Program-made: the position numbers and the translations under genes
NCBI GenBank assembly: GCA_963822965.1
Contig: CAWGJT010000006.1
Location: 224,001 to 288,000 of the forward strand
Direction: 5' to 3'
Source of the DNA: an uncultured delta proteobacterium
GTDB taxonomy: Bacteria > Myxococcota_A > UBA9160 > UBA4427
DNA: 64,000 nt
Notes under the pieces: generated by a model
What the model saw: only the letters and a program-made list of their open reading frames with translations
What the model was told of the DNA's origin: nothing
The model's database searches: none
Shown here: piece after piece, positions 61,802 through 64,000 of the stretch
Position numbering within the stretch: position 1 is the stretch's first letter
Layout: every line of letters begins with the position of its first letter

Positions 61802-62383
61802 TCAGGGCGTCCCGGCGAGAAGCGACTCGATGCGCTCCCGATAGACCGACCAGTCGCGCGGCCCCACGTAGCGCTCGAGGATGGTCCCGTCCCGGTCCAC
61901 CAGCAGCGATTCCGGGTATCCCGTGGTCTGATACCGGCGGGAGACCTCCTGGGAGGGGTCGAGGGCGATCGGGAACGTGACGCCGAGGCGGTCCCGGAAC
62001 GCCGCCACCTCGTCGCGCCCCTCGTCCACGGAGATCGCCACCAGCTCGAAGCCCTCGGGGTGGAGTGCGCGATAGAGCCGCTCCATGGAGGGGATCTCGT
62101 CCTCGCACGGCTTGCACCAGGTGGCCCAGAAGTTGACCAGGACGATGCTCCCGCGCTCGTGGGCGAGCACGAAGGGCTCGTCGCCGTCGAGGCGCTGGAG
62201 GGTGAAATCGGGCGCCTGGGCACCCCGGCCGACGGGCGCCGGGACGCCGCTGTCCCCTACCCAGATGAACGACAGGGCCACGGCGAGCACCGCGGCGCCG
62301 GCGATCCAGGACACGAGCTGGCCGCCGCCCCCGCCACCCGCCCCGCCGTCGGCGGTCGCGGGCGTCTGGGTCTCCGGCTCCAT
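61802..62383 (-). CDS. TlpA/ResA-family thiol-disulfide oxidoreductase
   Basis: APDFTL, VNFWATWCKPC, AISVD, GYPES. Confidence 0.9.
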   Translation of the reverse strand: MEPETQTPATADGGAGGGGGGQLVSWIAGAAVLAVALSFIWVGDSGVPAPVGRGAQAPDFTLQRLDGDEPFVLAHERGSIVLVNFWATWCKPCEDEIPSMERLYRALHPEGFELVAISVDEGRDEVAAFRDRLGVTFPIALDPSQEVSRRYQTTGYPESLLVDRDGTILERYVGPRDWSVYRERIESLLAGTP

Positions 62384-62444
62384 CGTGTCGCTCCTCCGGC
62401 CTTGCGGCCTCCGCCCCGCTCGTCGGGAGCGGGCGCTCCCGATC

Positions 62445-62804
62445 TCAGCCCTGCTCGACGAGCTCGATGATCGAGATCGGTGCCGCGTCACCCACCCGGG
62501 TGCCCACCTTGATGACCCGGGTGTAGCCGCCCGGACGATCCCGGAACCGTTCCGCCAGCTCGTCGAAGAGCTTGGCGGTCACCTGCTTGCTCTGGATCAC
62601 CGAGAGCGCCTGCCTCCGGGCGTGCAGGTCGCCCCGCTTCGCCAGGGTGATCATCCGCTCGGCGACCCCCCGCAGCTCCTTGGCCTTGGCGTCGGTGGTC
62701 TCGATCCGCTCGTGGTCGAGCAACGACGTCACCATGTTGCGCAGCATTGCCTTCCGGTGCGCACTCGTCCGACCGAGCTTCCTTCCACTCTTGCGATGTC
62801 GCAT
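62445..62804 (-). CDS. rplQ: 50S ribosomal protein L17
   Basis: [27 protein letters not shown]. Confidence 0.97.
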   Translation of the reverse strand: MRHRKSGRKLGRTSAHRKAMLRNMVTSLLDHERIETTDAKAKELRGVAERMITLAKRGDLHARRQALSVIQSKQVTAKLFDELAERFRDRPGGYTRVIKVGTRVGDAAPISIIELVEQG

Positions 62805-62807
62805 GAA

Positions 62808-63836
<1,029 letters not shown>

Positions 63837-63912
63837 GGAATGTTCCCCCAAGCTCGCTCGATGAGTCCGGATCCGGGGCTGAACGGCGCGAGGCCGGTCG
63901 CCCGGGACGGCA

Positions 63913-64000
63913 TCAACGTGAGTAGAGTTCGACGATCAGCTGCTCTTCGATCGGCAACGTGATGTCTTCGCGTACCGGAAGCTGCTTCACGGTCCCCGCG
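63913..64000 (-). CDS. rpsD: 30S ribosomal protein S4, C-terminus (runs off window edge)
   Basis: [28 protein letters not shown] directly upstream of rpoA. Confidence 0.92.
   Translation of the reverse strand, partial: AGTVKQLPVREDITLPIEEQLIVELYSR

Overview
Very GC-rich bacterial chromosome segment, mostly housekeeping genes. Gene content and order (rpsD-rpoA-rplQ, argS-SPOR, alaC-hom-thrC, amidase-rph-rdgB, PilT, PilZ, KamA/ATP-grasp) suggest a Myxococcota/deltaproteobacteria-like organism; this is inference. Most genes lie on the minus strand. I see no tRNA, rRNA, CRISPR array, integrase or transposase. pilT, a histidine kinase, mltF, carB and pyrC carry single-base frameshifts that look like long-read assembly errors and create false fusion ORFs in the ORF track. 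The most interesting signals: (1) a 71-aa Lys/Ala/Arg histone-H1-like gene with its own sigma70-like promoter and terminator and a ~295-nt, apparently multi-stem 5' leader that occludes its RBS; (2) a secreted bacterial homologue of the eukaryote-type double HtrA protease Nma111/DEG7, in a gene run with a plant-type threonine synthase and a tandem GST-N protein; (3) an unannotated Leu-rich leader peptide attenuator upstream of leuA; (4) a PyrR-binding RNA loop over the pyrR RBS; (5) an ECF16-type autoregulatory promoter and a sigma54 promoter; (6) two possible pseudo-kinases; (7) several small genes missed by the ORF track; (8) 24-bp tandem repeats that copy gene stop regions. All calls come from reading the sequence, without database searches.
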